A stretch of 64,000 nucleotides of DNA, from positions 17,090,949-17,154,948 of the forward strand of contig NC_069002.1 in the NCBI RefSeq assembly GCF_001194135.2, written 5' to 3'. The notes beneath the pieces were generated by a model. That model saw nothing but the letters and a program-made list of their open reading frames with translations, had not been told where the DNA came from and ran no database searches. The position numbers and the translations under genes are program-made. The number at the start of each line of letters is the position of its first letter. Positions within the stretch are counted from its first letter, which is position 1. This DNA is from Octopus bimaculoides. Taxonomy: Eukaryota. Below are positions 62,522-64,000 of the stretch, in pieces.

Positions 62522-64000
62522 CTGAAACAATATTTTGTTATAAGAAAATGAGAGATCATTTTGCTGGATATGTGCAGTTACTGTTCACCTTATACATATG
62601 TAAATCTAAACTGATGACCATAAGGAAAAACATGGGAGAAGAAGGAATTCCAGGGGCTTCACACTCAGGAAAGGAAGGATTGAATATATAGTGGTTAAGG
62701 TTGGGAAGGAAGGATGGGTGCAGTATGAATGATGGAGTGCGCCAGGTGGGTTTTGATGGAGGTGATACACTATGACCTAGTTCCAACAAGCAGATGCCAT
62801 TGTAATTGTAGTAGAAAGGTATAGAGGGAATAGCTACAGAAAGTCTACAGGCTAGAGGTAGGAGTTAATTGGTGAGTAATTAGGAGAGGAAAAGAAGAAC
62901 AACATCCCTGGGCCTTTGGTGGGATGAAAGAAGAAAGTTAAACTGAACGTTGATACTTGAAACAGAGCATACTCTACTAAAGATACCCAAGAGTCAGGTG
63001 GTGGTGTTAAACTAGGTTATCAATTAAATCTATCATCTATGACCAGGTATAATCACCCTGATTAAGCTTCCATGCCATTTCTATCTTATAAGGTTTGGGT
63101 CAACTTCAAATTATGGCAGAGGATATTTGCTCAAGGCACTGCGCTGTGGATGTCAATCTTGGAACTATATGACTGCAATACATTCAACCATACATTCACC
63201 CATCTGTGTGTATGTACACACACACAAACATACATATATGCATATATACATGCAACCATACAGTTCCAGCCTAATGAAAATTTTCAGTGAAAAAAAAAAA
63301 CGTTTGTTACCATCATCTCTATATGGTTGCTTGGCTTTCTAAATATAGCAACAGTGCTTTACTGTATTTAGTGTAGTAGTTATATAGCTGTACAACAATA
63401 AAGTGGAGTTTTAAAAGTCTGCCTCAAGCCTACAGGCTCAAGTGAGGCCAGAATTTATTTGAATGTTCAAGGAGTTTAGACTGAAAGTACAAGATTCCCT
63501 TTTGTACCTGAACAGGTCACCAATCTGTCACTGTGTTAATCTCCAGCTATCGCTAGTAGTAATTTTCAACAATGGGAAATGAAATGCTTTTCTCAAGGAC
63601 ACAACATGCCACCTGGTCCAGAAACTGAACCCATGATATATTAATCAAAAACTCAACACTCTAATCACTGGGCCATGCATCATCATCAATATACATGAGT
63701 GAGATCGTTGCCAGTGCCGCTGGACCGGCTCCTGTGCAGGTGGCACGTAAAATACACCATTTTGAGCGTGGCCGTCGCCATTACCACCTGACTGGCCCTC
63801 GTGCCGGTGACACATAAAAGCACCCACTACACTCTCGGAGTGGTTGGCGTTAGGAAGGGCATCCAGCTGTAGAAACTCTGCCAAATCAGACTGGAGCCTG
63901 GTGTTGCCATCCGGTTTCACCAGTCCTCAGTCAAATCGTCCAACCCATGCTAGCATGGAAAGCGGACGTTAAACGATGATGATGATGATGATGACTACAT

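Overview
AT-rich, microsatellite- and retroelement-dense animal genomic DNA with several assembly gaps. The SINE and RTE-tail families look like those of Octopus (inference from remembered repeat families). Three spliced protein-coding genes were rebuilt by hand from splice sites and reading phase. (1) The 5' coding part of LRRC27 on the minus strand (exons 2693-3075 and 208-400), running off the left edge. (2) A complete 7-exon GCLM on the plus strand (16258-44569, 282 aa). (3) The 3' part of an inosine/uridine-preferring nucleoside hydrolase on the minus strand, whose first exon lies beyond the right edge. The rest is SINEs, RTE/CR1-like/Tx1 LINE fragments, three Penelope-like elements with hammerhead-ribozyme remnants, mariner and piggyBac remnants, a hAT MITE and a Helitron with both termini. 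Best leads: the hydrolase has two intact, tandemly duplicated terminal exons that differ strongly in the catalytic/base-binding half but are almost identical in the rest; GCLM has three perfect D-boxes plus an E-box in intron 1 and a SINE-embedded ARE upstream; one Penelope endonuclease carries a ~140-aa Thr-rich repeat spacer between its GIY and YIG motifs. No CRISPR array, rRNA or true tRNA gene was seen. Transposon boundaries are approximate unless termini are quoted.
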